A DNA stretch of 64,000 nt from Nitrospirales bacterium (GCA_965203295.1 CBDBCZ010000017.1:1696001-1760000); one strand, 5' to 3'; counted from the first letter of the stretch, positions 24,896-38,094 are shown. Notes: generated by a model from the sequence alone, not told the origin. Program-made: numbers and translations.

Positions 24896-25165
24896 CATGT
24901 TAAGAGCAACCTTGGATATGACCTTGGTGGTCATGTTAAGAGCAACCTTGGATATGACCTTGGTGGTCATGTTAAGAACGACCTTGGAGATGACCTTGGT
25001 GGTCATGTTAAGAACGACCTTGGAGATGACCTTGGTGGTCATGTTAAGAACGACCTTGGAGATGACCTTGGTGGTCATGTTAAGAACGACCTTGGAGATG
25101 ACCTTGGTGGTCATGTTAAAAGCGACCTTGGTGGTCATTGGATATGTCCTTGGTGGTCATTTTAA
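24896..25165. repeat. 36-bp tandem repeat (~7.5 copies) within the DIRS element
   Basis: Unit catgttaagaacgaccttggagatgaccttggtggt, period 36. Confidence 0.95.
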
Positions 25166-26297
25166 GAATGGCCTCAGTGGTCATGGGATATAACCTTTGT
25201 AATCAAGTTGAAAACATTCTTCGTCGCCAGCCTATGGGATAGGTTCAAGTGCTAATAAGTCACTCTATATTGCATTGCCTAATATTCCTGCTAATATGCC
25301 TTGTAGTGCATTATCGGGAGTGTTGTTCTCTGAAATGCATACACTTTAAATAGATGTTTTTAAGAAGGGAGTCTGGCCTGAGCTTGCTGACCTAGAGGAC
25401 CCCGAAATGAAGGTTCTGGAAGAGGCACTCCCCAGCATTGTTTTGCAGAGTAAAGCACCAGCTACGATTAGAGATATAGTGGGGCTTTGGGCGATGGAAA
25501 CAATGGACAGCATCCAAAGCAGGTCTAAAGGCTTTTCCAGCCAATCCCATGCAGAAACTTTGTATCTAAGTTACCTGATACGCAAATCCAAGACATGCAA
25601 GTGGAAGAAGTTGTTAATGCTCTTTCTTGGGTTCACCAAGTGGCAGTGGTAGAAGACCCGACTGATCACCCACTAGTGAAACAGATTGTAGCAGGTGCTG
25701 AATGGATACTGGCCCACAGGGTTGCTAAGAAGGAGCCTATGACAGCAGAGATTCTGCACAAGCTAGTGGAGGAATTCATCAGCGATGATGCGGAACTGCC
25801 AGCGGTTAGTCTCCCAATTTTATGCCAGTGCAATGGTATAGTTGGCAAGTGTGCATGCAGTCTTTAGATGAGAGCTTCAACGGGATGGGAAACGGGGCGA
25901 GACGTCATAAATTGGAGCGCAGACTGTGCAGTCTCTCGGTAGCTAAGTCAACACCTGCATTAATTTTCATTGTGACATAGTGTCTTGAGCATCTCTTACT
26001 AGTGGTCTATCTGGGCCTGCCAAGACTTTGTGTACCTTTTGGTGAATTGTTTTAATGTCTTTTGACTTGGGAAGAAACTCCACTGAATTCAGCGTAGAAT
26101 ATTCTATTGAATTGTCTGGAGTAGCTAACTCTCCTTTCTGTGTCTATTTTTCTTTATTTGGACTTTGAAGCTGCTTTTGGTGATGAGTAGTTGTGTACCT
26201 CCAGGGTGCAAGAAGTATGTTATGATTGTTATCACTGATCATGACTTAGTGCAGAATACTCTGCAGTGCCTGAAATAATGAACTGATTGCTCAATTA

Positions 26298-27510
26298 CAG
26301 TGCTCAGAATCTAAAGAGTAAATTTTCTCTGCAAACAGTTTGTCATTTTTACTTTGAATAATTAATGTACATACTTATGATAACTGTTTATAAGCCTAGC
26401 TACCTGAAAAAAAAGGCTGTGGACTAACAATAAAGTACTTTTCCGCCAAATCTTCCATAGACTGCCGTACTTAGCTTCTATGTTTATTTGACATCACGGA
26501 TTTTTTACGCATCCAGAAATGCCGTAACCGTAAGGACTTTCCCTTACTAAACTCGATAATCGCGCGGTTAGCACCAAACTACAGTCTATTGCTCGTGAAT
26601 AAATCGTCGGAACGCTCGATACTGCTACGGACTTACTCTGTTACACGGAGAGACCGCCACAGCAGCAGGGCCGACAACGAACGGGTAGCTGCTCTTGCGA
26701 TATACGCACGAGTGGCGGGGCGGGGGAGAAAAACTATCCACGGAAGATTGTTTGCGCTCATTCTGAGGTTTCCTAGGCAGCTGTACAGGCCTTCCATAAG
26801 CTAATTTTGCGTCTCTCAAGCCATAGATAATATAGCCTATGCTCAAGCCGTATATAGGTTCTAGCCAGTGTAGGCGCCTAGGCGTGGTTTGCGTATTCGT
26901 CATCATACGTCGTGTGATGTGTGAAAAACGTCAGAATACGCAATCAAAATGGCAAAAAATGCCTGCGCAGACAAAAACATTTTTTTGACTGAACAGTAAG
27001 ACCCAGGAATGGTTTGAGTAGTGGTACATTAGTATCAACACTTTAATAGTTCTGTAAAAAATTTTGAGAGTTTTCGGACGATAAGTTCAAAAGTTACTAC
27101 CTTAAGTGATATCCCACTCTAAACACAAACTTTGATCATTAGCTATCTCTGGTGTTAATGTTGATTGAGGAAACATTTCTAACATTCAAAGGTGCCTTGG
27201 CCTGACTACTTGTTATATTCAAGATTTAAACTTTCTCGGAACAAAGATGTAGATTTAATACGCACCGAAACTTTCGGACCATTTTACCACACAGTATGCT
27301 GTATACATACAGTGCTCAGAATCTAGAGTAGATTTTTGATAAAATTGCTTTAAATGTTCTACACCCTACATACTTTGATATTAGGTTCTTAAAAGTGGTA
27401 TGCATTACCTACATACATCTGCTACAAGTTGGGAAAGGTGTTAATTAATTAGTGATAACCTATGGGTTCTATGGCTTCTGCAAGACACCTGACTTGGATA
27501 ATCGCTTAAA
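26298..27510. mobile_element. Rearranged copy of the repeat at 2538-4195
   Basis: Shared blocks occur in both direct and inverted orientation. Confidence 0.7.
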
Positions 27511-27766
27511 GCCACTAGCCGATATGACACTCAGAAATGTGACTGTAATACACAAGTGCAAGTTAGACTCATCCCCAGTCCTTCTCACCCTGGAGTGGGA
27601 AGGACTGAAAACAAGGCTAAGTGTAAGTACCACCAGGCCTTCCCTCTTGCTTTTGGGAGCTGGGCACAAAACAAGTGTCTAGCATTCACGTCACGTTATG
27701 TTGTGATAATTGTGCCTATAAGTTTGACTGTTGCCATTTACTACCGGTATATTTTGCATAGGTTGA

Positions 27767-28094
27767 ATGGATGTGGCAGGAGAGTCAACAATCAACTTGG
27801 CATCGGATGCTTTCAGGAAGCATTATGATACTCTCTATTCAGCACTTGCCTCTCAGCCAGACACAGTTCTTGGACTGACAGCAAGACTGTACAAGAGAGT
27901 ACTAATCACACAGGACACTAGAGATTGTATCCAATTGACTACTGGTATTACCCCTGGACACCAGGCATCCAGACTTCTTCTAGCAGTTGAGTCAAGTATC
28001 AGGATTGACCGAAGAAACCTCCGCCAATTCGTTCGAGTATTGAAAAAGGAGCCTACTTTGAAACCTGTTGCAAATGCACTGCAACAGAGTTACA
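27767..28094 (+). CDS. Death-fold/ankyrin gene, first coding exon: CARD-like death-fold domain
   Basis: catag| acceptor, ATG at 27767, donor a|gtaagt. Helical pattern ASDAFRKHYDTLYSAL...LTARLYKRVLIT...QASRLLLAVESSI...LRQFVRVLKKEPTLKPVANALQQSY. Confidence 0.75.
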
Positions 28095-28221
28095 GTAAGT
28101 ATAGGATTATTGAATGATATGGGGGGAGGGATTGCTTTTCTTAAGCATTCCCATTGCAGCATTTTACATGTATTCTTCATGTTTTTAAATCTTGATGTCA
28201 TGCATGGTTGTGCACTTTCAG

Positions 28222-28302
28222 GAGCACTTGTGGCTGAGGTTGGTCAAGTCTACACGTCCAGTTCTGAATCAGAGACTGAAGGCAGCGAACACCAGAGACA
28301 AG
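28222..28302 (+). CDS. Death-fold/ankyrin gene, exon 2 (acidic linker, phase 1-1)
   Basis: ttcag|ga...caag|gtagtc, translating RALVAEVGQVYTSSSESETEGSEHQRQ, in frame with both neighbours. Confidence 0.75.
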
Positions 28303-28499
28303 GTAGTCAGTCGGCCAATATGCCAGTGTATCTTTGCATTTGCTTGCTTGCATAGCGTTGCAGAATAATGTGGTTCTGGCACATACAATGTTGTGTTTAC
28401 TAACACAGTATAATATTGTAATGCACCCACTAATTAGTGCATCAAAGAATAACAAGACTACATGTACTCAGACATTCCAAACAGCACAACTGCGTAGTA

Positions 28500-28989
28500 C
28501 GTATTTCCACGATCAGATGCAGCAGCTACTAAATATTTCATTGCATGATTTTCTGCGGTCACAATTCAAGAGCGGCCACTAATCGAGGGCGCCGTATATT
28601 GGATTGAGCAGTTTACTGGCTACACAGCGATGCACAACGGTAGTTCAAATCCGTAACCGTTTGTGCCTCAACACTATCGAAAAGCCACCACATTACAATG
28701 CCAGCTGTTTTTTTGGGAGAGATATTGAAAAGATATATTTGCGGGTAGCCTCCATCGGCTCTGATCCCTTTGCAACCTCGAAGAAGACAGATGTGAGGTC
28801 CGACAACCGTTAGCTAGCAAAGTCAGGTATACTGTACTTTTACTGTGGGTATACTACATCTCCTTGCTTATTCTTATCACGGTACTTGAATTTTAGCCGC
28901 GGCTACTAATCGAGGGCGGCCACTATTTTGTTCAGCACTTCCAGAGGTGCGGCTATGAATTGAGGGCAGCGTCTGATCGTGGAAATACG
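28500..28989. mobile_element. Diverged inverted copy of the 517-bp MITE
   Basis: gtatttccacgatcaga ... tctgatcgtggaaatac. Body is the reverse complement of 19624-20140. Confidence 0.85.
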
Positions 28990-29643
28990 TATGTATACGT
29001 AACTACAAGTAAGCACAACCCCTCAACTACCGACCATAACCCTATTCCTAACTCCAACCCTAGCTGACTTACAAATTTCTGCCAGACCAATAGTCACTTT
29101 AGTACTTCACTCTAGACGTGTGTTTAACATTCATGGGTAATAGATCAGAATTGCTATTGTAGTAGCTGTCATCACTGGAAAAAAAAAACAAGCATCTTCT
29201 ACTATATACTTCAGTACTTCTATCCAGACATGTGATGTTTTTACATTCATAGGTCACAGGTTAGATAGATGTGTGGGAGTGCATGCATGTGGGTTCTGTT
29301 TCTGTCTAGTTCACATGCAATCTTTGATTGTAATAATGAGCATAGTGGAACAATATGGACAGACATAAATACGGAGTCAAATCGCTAATATGAGGCTTAC
29401 TGAAAAATGATTCCAGAAAATTAGAGTTCAAGTGCATCATATGCATTAGCATATGTACCTATTCTCTAGCCTCATACATAGCCGCCCAGCTTGTGTTCGC
29501 TTGTAGGAAGCGAAGAAAGTTGAGACGGTTGGGTACAAAGCTACCTATTCGCATCAGTGAGTAGAAAATTGCAATGCATTTCAGATAGAAACAGTATTAG
29601 ATTACTTTGATTTAGCCATTATCTACCACATATTTCCCTGCAG

Positions 29644-30369
29644 GGGAGGAATATGGAGAAGATGAAGTTGCCAAAGTAATTGAGAAATTTGAAATTCTAT
29701 TCAACGAATTGGTATACCGTGCCCAGGATGAAATTGAACAAAAGCGCACATCCGTGAAGAAGTTTCGACACACTCTAACACTCCTCCCTCTGTCTATCAG
29801 ACCTGATCATCTGCGGTTCTTGAAAGAAGAACTGCCAAACATTGTAAAATCCGAAAACATCGACGAAATATTCCTTCTTCTCAATCTCTACTGGAGCTTT
29901 ATCGATTACCATTTGCTTGAAGTCATAATCACTGGGCATGGAAGTGAGTCTCTGCAAGCCGAGATGAAGAAGTATGTTCGTGATTTAGCAAAATTCAGAA
30001 GAAACACAACTATTGCTCAGGTGTGTGTGGTTGCTAAAACGTGGCTTCTCAGGCAAGATCATCCTCAGCATTTTTCTAAGCTGACTACCAAATTCAGCGA
30101 GAAGGCCTCCGAATATACCCTTCAAGATTTGGAGGATTTTCGGAAAAGATTCTGCAGAGAATTATCTCTCTCTGAGTCTACTGCCATGCTGGCAGGAGTA
30201 GTAAAAGGATCTGTCATCATTTTGTGGCATATTCCAACAGCCATAGTTAGCAGTTTGACTGCTGCTATACACAGCCATCCTCATCGCCTGTTTGAGCAAC
30301 AGCAACTTGTTGAAATTGATATCGATGGACAGTGTGTATTCAGTGCACAACAGACCACAAGAGGTGAAG
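29644..30369 (+). CDS. Death-fold/ankyrin gene, exon 3: ~240-aa domain (DED-like helical part plus a C-terminal GSVxIxW alpha/beta part)
   Basis: cctgcag| acceptor, open frame containing ORF 29709-30389, phase-1 donor at 30363 or 30369. Motifs EIFLLLNLYWSFIDYHLLEVII..LQAEMKKY and TLQDLEDFRK..VVKGSVIILWHIP. Confidence 0.8.
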
Positions 30370-30505
30370 GTGTATACTTGTCTGTATAACACGACTATAA
30401 TAAAGCAAACACACTAACTGAGCAGTAGCTTGATTTTTTGAGCTACTGCCAGCTATTTTTAAAGTAGAATTTGGAAGCTTAGTTATGCGTGCAAGCATGG
30501 GTATA

Positions 30506-31065
30506 CCGTAATTTGCTTTTTTTTCGTTTACTAAATTTTCGTGTAAAAAATATTCGTGTTAAAATATTTTCGTATAAATCAAATTGTACGAAAATATTTT
30601 TGTACGAAAAATTTTACAATTCGCACGTGGTGGGCATTAATTGAGCAGGTCGCACCTCGTGCAGTATCGTGTTCGAGATGGCTAGCCGCGGCGAGAAGGA
30701 GCTGGCTTGTTGTGTTAGAGGCTACCACGTTTACAAAGATATATGGGCAGCAGCGATTGGAGAAGAGCTGGAGTGCAGCAGAGAGCCGACTAACATGGCT
30801 GACAGGTATGCTGTTGCGGTACGGAATGAAGAAACGATCATTGGTCACCTTCCAAGAAAGATCTCAAAAGTATGTTCGCTGTTCTTGCGAAGAGGCGGTT
30901 CAATACGCTGTACTGTGACAGGGAGTAGGCGCCATTATGTACGCGTACTCGTTCTAAATATTCGTCGAAAAAATGTTTCGTTGTAAAATTATATTCGTGT
31001 AAAATATTTTCGTATATTTTCTGCGTACGAAAATATTTTCACAACGAAAATTAAGCGAATTACGG
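30506..31065 (+). mobile_element. TA-flanked CCGTA MITE with an open HIRAN-like ORF (~30678-30932)
   Basis: TA|ccgtaatttgctt...aagcgaattacgg|TA. Translation CVRGYHVYKDIWAAAIGEELECSREPTNMADRYAVAVRNEETIIGHLPRKISKVCSLFLRRGGSIRCTVTGSRR. Confidence 0.85.
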
Positions 31066-31115
31066 TAGTACAATATCATTTGTAAGCAATTTACATTTTT
31101 TCTCTCTATCTTTAG

Positions 31116-31177
31116 CATGTGTGGTTGTTCCATCAGAATTGTCCTCACCGACTCCTCCTTTGGATGGCATTGAGGAG
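31116..31177 (+). CDS. Death-fold/ankyrin gene, exon 4 (phase 1 to 0)
   Basis: tttag|ca...gag|gtgaat, translating ACVVVPSELSSPTPPLDGIEE. Confidence 0.7.
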
Positions 31178-31631
31178 GTGAATGCAGAGAATTACATTTT
31201 CATTTCTCGGCTTAATCATACTTGCACATCTTACGTAGTAATGGTGATATGCTGCATGAGCTGGGTTTTTGGCATATTCAATTTTTTTTTCAGACTAAGG
31301 ACTGGTAGAGTACTGTGGCCTCCCAAGTATGTGGTCACTGGAGATGCACTTCTGTGACTTTTCATATAGAGGGGGGTGGTTTTGTTTAGGTTAGGAGGAT
31401 GTGAAAATAGGTCTGCTGCATGTGTAGTGCTGCGCCCACATGTACACATTGGCAACACTTGTTAGTACTTTACAGTATTCTTGGCCAGCATTAACTGTTC
31501 CCTCATATAATATTTCCTATCTTGTTTGGACAAATATAGATGATTTTCTGTTACCCATTGCAGATTATATACAGGACATTTTTTCAACCATCCATTTAAA
31601 ATTAATACAAGTTATTATTACCTTTTTGTAG

Positions 31632-32986
31632 TCTATCCATGAAGATAAAGTGGTGCAAACTGAAGAACAATTGGTGCGTTAATGTAATAACATCCAGGAG
31701 ACCTAAATCAGATTGTTATACCGTATAGCTGGGAAATTTGGCGTGGACTTTAATTTAGCGATTTGGCTAATTGTAAAAAAATTGCAAAAATAAATTCTCA
31801 CCAGTAATAAAGCGTGATGTAATCTGTAACACACCCGCATGATTATCTATAGCTACACGTGTGAGAGGACTTGATCATATTGATGTAGAAATTTTCAAGA
31901 AAGAAATTATTCTTCCCACTCCACAAATGTGTGGTGATTCATCTCTTTCCGGTAATTTAAAAACTGCACGCAAACAAGCACACTCTATCTCGAGAGTTGA
32001 ACCCGCAGCCTGTGAGTGTCCGACATCGAGGCAGGTACATTCCGTAAATAAAATGGACAGATTGGGAAGTAGATCCTATGCCACTGAGAATGAAGCGACA
32101 AAGGCTGCTACATACTTCTCCAAGCTGCAGGATTGAATTGCTAGAATGCTGCAGAATGCGTCGTGCGCTAAATTACTACTACATCATACACTAGTAATAT
32201 TTGCCAAATTTATAATTCACCATTATAAATTTTTAGCTGTTTTCCGCTCATTCAACAGTCTTACGGAATCAAAAGCTATTCAGGCTGCATCTTGCATTAT
32301 GTCATGAGCGTTATCAGCAGTTCCAACAACTTTAAGGTTACAGCTGTGTGGATTTTAATTCGCCGAATTAATTCCTACAAATTTCTTTTCGAGTTTAATA
32401 GCTTTGCAAATAGAATTATCTACAGGGATAGTGCTCTTTTTATGAATACTTTAATCCATGACAGGTCGAGCGATTACTGCTAGCTTGTGAAAAAGGTGAT
32501 ACTGAAGCAGTGGCCACCATACTCAAGCAGGGATCTATCCCTGAAGAGGTACATGTACATGTATAGATACGTAACATGAATAGGATGTGTGGGTAGATAT
32601 AGCTAAAACCAAGTGGACCTTTTAAAGTCGAAGGTAAAAGCACTCAATTAAATTGGAGGAGCTTACTTATTAGCCACTGCATTTCATTATGAACTATCCA
32701 TGTATAAAACGTAGTGGCAATGTAAATGCCACTAGTAAAAGACTATACTTCCTTTTCTGCAGTGGCTACAAACAGCAATGGAAATGGCTTTGGAATCTGA
32801 ACACCATGGCATTATTAGAATTCTGCAGAATAAACAAGAAGAGGTAGCTACACCTTGTTATTGTCAATGTCATTTAAAGAATTAAAACAACTACTATCAA
32901 TGAACAGAATTTTTCTATTGCTCTATAAAGCATAGCCTATCCAAGAAGGTGAAGTGGAGCAATCTATTCCTTTACAAGAGCAGATG
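31632..32986 (+). CDS. Exon module 1: A 31632-31673, B 32465-32548, C 32763-32843, D 32936-32986 (D lacks its GT donor)
   Basis: Phase-0 exons SIHEDKVVQTEEQL, VERLLLACEKGDTEAVATILKQGSIPEE (ankyrin N-cap-like), WLQTAMEMALESEHHGIIRILQNKQEE (ankyrin C-cap-like) and PIQEGEVEQSIPLQEQM. Confidence 0.8.
31721..32250. mobile_element. Partial CCGTA MITE related to 2601-3196
   Basis: TA|ccgtatagctgggaaatttggcgtggactttaattt. The right end is degenerate. Confidence 0.65.
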
Positions 32987-33133
32987 ATAATTCCATTTTC
33001 TTTCTGAGCATATTCCCCTCATAGTATTTCACAGTTTTATCTTGTTTGTATTGACATAGATAATGTTTTGTTACCCAGTGCAGACAATGCACATGTGCAT
33101 ATTTTTAGCACAAGTTATATTATTATCTTATAG

Positions 33134-34585
33134 CCTTTTCAAGAAGATAAAGAAAAACAATCCGAAGAACAATTGGTAGGTTAATTGGTACTTAAAACAG
33201 ATTGTTTTTTTTTTCTTATCCACTGATCATTTCTTTTTTATACTAAGCAAAAATAAATGCAAGTACTCAATTACAATTGATATTGTGTATTTTTAACGCA
33301 TCACTGTTAAGGTTATCGTTCTACAGCCTATTCTGCAATTAATCTCTTATGCATAAGGACTTAGGAACATGGCTGATGCAAGTATCCCCTCAATCTTTAC
33401 CACCACATCATAACCAGGGTGTACTTGTATAGTGTCATCGATTCCAACAACTGCTAGTTTGGTCAACAGCTGTAAAGAACAATTTGCCAAATCTGTTTCC
33501 ATACACTGGTATAGCATTGCAAATAATTTCTCTACCAAATTAAGGGTGAACCAATTTATCGCTCTTTTTTGTCAATACTTGAACCTGTGACAGGTTGAAA
33601 GCTTATTGCTGGCGTGTGAAGAAGGCAATACTGAAGGTGTGGCTGCAATACTGAAGCAAGGAACTATCTCCACAGAGGTACATATACACAATGGGAATAG
33701 CACATGATGTATGACCTCCAATCAAGTTTCGAGGATGTTCATTATTAGATATAGCCCTGAACCAGGTGTTGTTTTTTTCTGCCAGTCACATTTTGTATGT
33801 AGAATTGAATGAAGGAGCTTACTCAACAATGACATTTCAATATAAAATATCCGTGTATACTGCTCAGCAATAAATAGAAGTTTTAACTGTAACTAGCAAA
33901 AGACTGGAATTCTCTTTTTACAGTGGCTGCAAACAGCAATGGAAATGGCTTGTGAAAGTGAACACAGTGGCATTATCAGTCTTCTGAAGAATGCACAAGG
34001 AAAGGTAGCTGTCTAATTAGTTGTTATATCATTTATTGAATTAAAAATAAGTGCCATCAATGGAAAAAAGTTTTCTCCAGAAATACATTATGTAATAAAA
34101 GAATTGTTCACTGTTGTACCTCTTCTGCATACATAGTCTGTCCAAGAAGGTGAAGTGGAGCAATCAGATCCTTCACAAGAACAGAAGGTTGGTACAAGGA
34201 AAGGTAGCTGTCTAATTAGTTGTTATATCATTTATTGAATTAAAAATAAGTGCCATCAATGGAAAAAAGTTTTCTCCAGAAATACATTATGTAATAAAAG
34301 AATTGTTCACTGTTGTACCTCTTCTGCATACATAGTCTGTCCAAGAAGGTGAAGTGGAGCAATCAGATCCTTCACAAGAACAGAAGGTTGGTACAAGGAA
34401 AGGTAGCTGTCTAATTAGTTGTTATATCATTTATTGAATTAAAAATAAGTGCCATCAATGGAAAAAAGTTTTCTCCAGAAATACATTATGTAATAAAAGA
34501 ATTGTTCACTGTTGTACCTCTTCTGCATACATAGTCTGTCCAAGAAGGTGAAGTGGAGCAATCAGATCCTTCACAAGAACAGAAG
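33134..34585 (+). CDS. Exon module 2: A 33134-33175, B 33594-33677, C 33924-34004, D x3 (34137-34187, 34336-34386, 34535-34585)
   Basis: Phase-0 paralogues of module 1. Exon D (SVQEGEVEQSDPSQEQK) is triplicated by an apparently identical 199-bp tandem repeat. Confidence 0.8.
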
Positions 34586-34974
34586 GTTGTTTACGTATTC
34601 AGCTCTTAGTATATAGTAGTGTAGAGAAGAGAGGGAGATACGTACGAGCTGAAAGCTCCCATGCAAAAGCTAAATTTTAAACAATTCCTACGATAATTTT
34701 TTAACTGTTATTGGCCAGCACACACTGCAGTCTGTCAGCTTAATGCTTGTAGATGGTTTAATTGTAAACCAACTCTATGTTCTAAAGTAATCTGTAACCC
34801 CATCAAGGCCACTGGTGACTCTCATTTTTTTTTTGCTAGTGGCATCAAGCCCAAAAAAGTACTCAATGATGACTACCTGCTGACCTTTTGACTAAAATGC
34901 TGCTGGCTAAAATCGTCTCCACAGTGTACAAAATCTTCTAAATTAACTCTCAGTGCCTAGTAAGAGTAGTTTAA

Positions 34975-36120
34975 TGATTGTCATGTAAACGAATGGAGTT
35001 GAGGGGGTCGAAGAAGTCGTCAAGATCTTGTCTACCGTGGGGCCAAAGAACGAACGTGTCATCAACATATCTCAGCCAGATGTCAGGCTTTGTGCTGGCT
35101 AGTTCCAGAGCTTGCTGCTCAAAGAACTCCATGTATATGTTAGCAACTATAGGGGTAAGTGGGAAGCCCATTGCCGCGCCGTCTGTTTTTGGTAGAAGCT
35201 ATCTTCGTAGGAGAAGTACGTCGTCTTGAGGCACAGGGTCAGCAGTTCCATGATGGAGTCCACACTGAGAGTCGTTCTCGAGTCCAGAGATACGTCATCC
35301 TCAAGTCTGCTTCTGATCACCTGGAGCGCTTTATCAACAGGAACATTCATGAACAGACTCTTGACATCGAAGCTGACCATGGTAGCATCATTCACGGTCT
35401 CCACTCCCTCCAACACTTGCACAAAGTGCGCAGCGTACGTACGTACAAATCTATCGGGCAAGGGCATATGTAGGAGAGCCGATTGTACACACAATTGGTC
35501 TGAGAGTGACGTCGTCCTTGTGGATTTTCGGTAACCCATAGAGGAATGGGGCTGGGCAATGCTCTGGTCTGAGTCTCCAGTAAGTCGTCATATTGAGTTC
35601 CCGATTCTGTACCAGGGACCAAAGTTTCTCACTGATTCTTCTCTCCACCTCTTTGGTGGGGTCTCATCTGACTTTACTGTAGCTATCTGCAGCGAGGAGC
35701 GTGTTGATTTTGACATCATACGCCCCCTTGTCAAGTAGGACAGTGGCATTTCCTTTATCTGCTGGAAGGATCACTATGCTAGGATCATTCTTCAGAGCCT
35801 GCAAGGCCTCCCTGTGTTGCTTCGGGAGATTGGAAGACGGTTCAGTGGACCTTCTGAGAGTCTGTCTCACCGCCAACCGGACATTGTTGGTTGCATCCGG
35901 ATCACGTACCTTCGTCAGACCCATTTCTACACTCACCACAATATCCAACACTGGGATTCTCCTCGGGGGGACAGCAAAGTTTTGACCCTTGCCTAGGACT
36001 TCCTCCTCGCTCGTTAGTCGTCGCTGGCTGAGGTTGATGACGGAACCTGGAGTCGTCTGAGAGCAGGGACCGTCCCTCCTTCCTGCACGTGTCCGTAGCT
36101 TGTCGAATTTTCGCTTTTTT
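34975..36120 (-). mobile_element. Penelope-like element, RT fragment (frameshifted, both ends truncated)
   Basis: VINLSQRRLT..VLGKGQNF, ILPADKGNATV, LYGLPKIHK..LRPIV, MVSFDVKSLF.NVP, MG.PL.PIVANIYME..E, WLRYVDDTF. Confidence 0.92.
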
Positions 36121-37998
36121 GAGCCATACCATGACATCTCAAGTGTTTTCAACAGCAGCAAGACTGTTAGCATTGCTAGAAACCTTTGCTGGAGTACCAC
36201 ATTGGCAAATTGCTACACTGGGGGGGAGGGGTGTAGATGCGTAAGTTCCACTTTTGGAGTGTAAGATATAACCCCATTTCTGTAGTAAATGTGAAGGTAT
36301 TGTCATCACATAGGAGCATCCATAGTGGCTGCATGATGGTTGTTTCCTCTATCTACTATCAACAGCGCATATAAACACTCTCTTACCCAGGGAACATTTC
36401 CTTATAAACTCCTACTGTAGTGCATTAGAAGTGACTAAATAATGATAATAGACTAGCAAGTGCCTAAACGCAAGCAAATACGTAGGGTGTAGACAAAAGC
36501 TCAACATACACAGCAGAATCCCAAAACCTTTTTCACATGTCATGGCAAGTGCACATCTGCAGTTATACTGCAGTTAGAGGATATTATCATGCCAACTAGT
36601 AACTTAGGGTTTTCTTAGTATAAATGTTGGACACCCACAAAGGAATAACGGGGAGTAGTACTAGTTCCCCAGGACATCCTGGCTACTAGGATGTTATTAT
36701 TTGTGTGGGAGTGTTGCAGGATGTCCCGCAGTATCTGTGACATCCTGGACACTGGAACAGTGATAGATGTGCCCTGTAGTGTCTGGGACATCCTGGAAAA
36801 TGGTAGTGTCGTAGGACATCTGGATAGTGGTAGTCGCGTGAAAGTGTCACTGGATGTTCCAGAGTCCATGACAACCTGGACACAACCTGGACACTTGAAC
36901 AGTGGCAGATATCCTGGACTCTCTGACAGTTTTAGTAATGTGGGAGTGTAAGTGGATGTAGCAGAATGTCTGAACACTTGGACAGTAGACAACCAAGATT
37001 CCCCAGCTTTGCAGTCTTGGTATTCCCTTGTCTGCTTGGTGTTGCCCAACCAATTGAGACAAGTGTGGGTAAAACTGAATGTGGGTGAAAAAAGGTTGCT
37101 GGAAAATATCAGTGTCATATACACTTTTCCAGCAAACAGTTGAATGGACAGATGGACAGAAAACTGAACAGCTAGCTCAGTAATGTAGGAGTCACTCTTT
37201 TATTCTTTTCAACTCTGCGATTAAGTTCATAGGTACTTGTGTAGTAAACGAGATACAATGTAGTAAATCTTATACCTGGGCGGGACTTAACTGTATGTGT
37301 ATTACTGTGATGTCAAAAGAAGCTTTTAAGGTTGCCCATCAGTACACCTTTTAATACACCTGTATCGATACAGTATACTGCATGCAGTGTGATAATGAAA
37401 GGATCTTTTGATGGATTTTGCATGTCAGAATGATGAAGCGCTTTTGAGCATCGAGTCCTGAATTAGACATATAATTGTGTGGAAGGCCAGTGCTGGAGGT
37501 ATAGCTACCACTTTTGTTTATTGATTGTGAAACAAATGATGGCTAGATAGATCATCATGTAATGTATTGATCTTGGGTAGACTGATACAGGTACATTATC
37601 TCCCACTTAGTCAGTATTTTAGCACAAGCTAGTCCACGTGACTAGGTACTGCCTCCGGGCCTAGAAAACGAATTCCATGCACAAATGAGGATGTAAATAT
37701 ATTATATTAAAATGTTCACTACACATGCACATGATTATTAATCACTTTATACAATCATGAAGTTCTTGAAGTCTAGCAATGGAGCCATATGATGGGGCTA
37801 TCAAGAGTGCTAGAGTCAGACAGTGCAGTGGTGGGGGGAAGATATGTATTTTGGGATAAACCTCCTCAGAAAGCACACTGCTTTCCATGTTTGGCATAAG
37901 CCTCAGAAGGGTGGGCCTAATGCCTATGTGTGGTGAATCTGCACTATTTAGTTGATTCGTTTATAATTCACACTTTCTGGTCTTCCTCCCTACCTCAG

Positions 37999-38094
37999 TA
38001 TGGGGAGAGAGCCCTGATTGCTGCCAGTGTTGAAAGACTTCTTGATACTGCACGAAAACTCTTAGCCGCCAGGGATGTCAATGTTCAGGATAAA
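37999..38094 (+). CDS. Ankyrin exon 1 (Y-type, 96 bp, phase 0)
   Basis: cctcag|YGERALIAASVERLLDTARKLLAARDVNVQDK|gtaagt. Confidence 0.8.

Larger units (their letters stand above)
21700..25810 (+). mobile_element. Degenerate DIRS-group tyrosine-recombinase retrotransposon (gag-like, RT, RNase H, MT-like, truncated YR)
   Basis: Gag-like KIADRSENGWATVKEY. RT VCSPLSVV..KGKKRLVLDLRYLN, FDLKSG.HH and YIDDG (~23350). RNase H VVYSDASS (~24065). MT-like DRFAHTDNTQLPVFNSRFW..AVDAFTTNWS..NWWVPP. YR N-terminus SKAPAT..NALSWVHQVA..DPTDHPLV..KKEPMT. Many frameshifts and stops. Confidence 0.9.

Noticed and set aside
24755..25193. Repetitive ORFs (HVKNDLGDDLGG)n and others
   Set aside because: By-products of a 36-bp minisatellite that is open in several frames.
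36615..37130. 169-aa minus-strand ORF and its copy at 61055-61430
   Set aside because: A low-complexity ggacatcctgga-rich repeat inside the segmental duplication. The frame is not conserved between copies.
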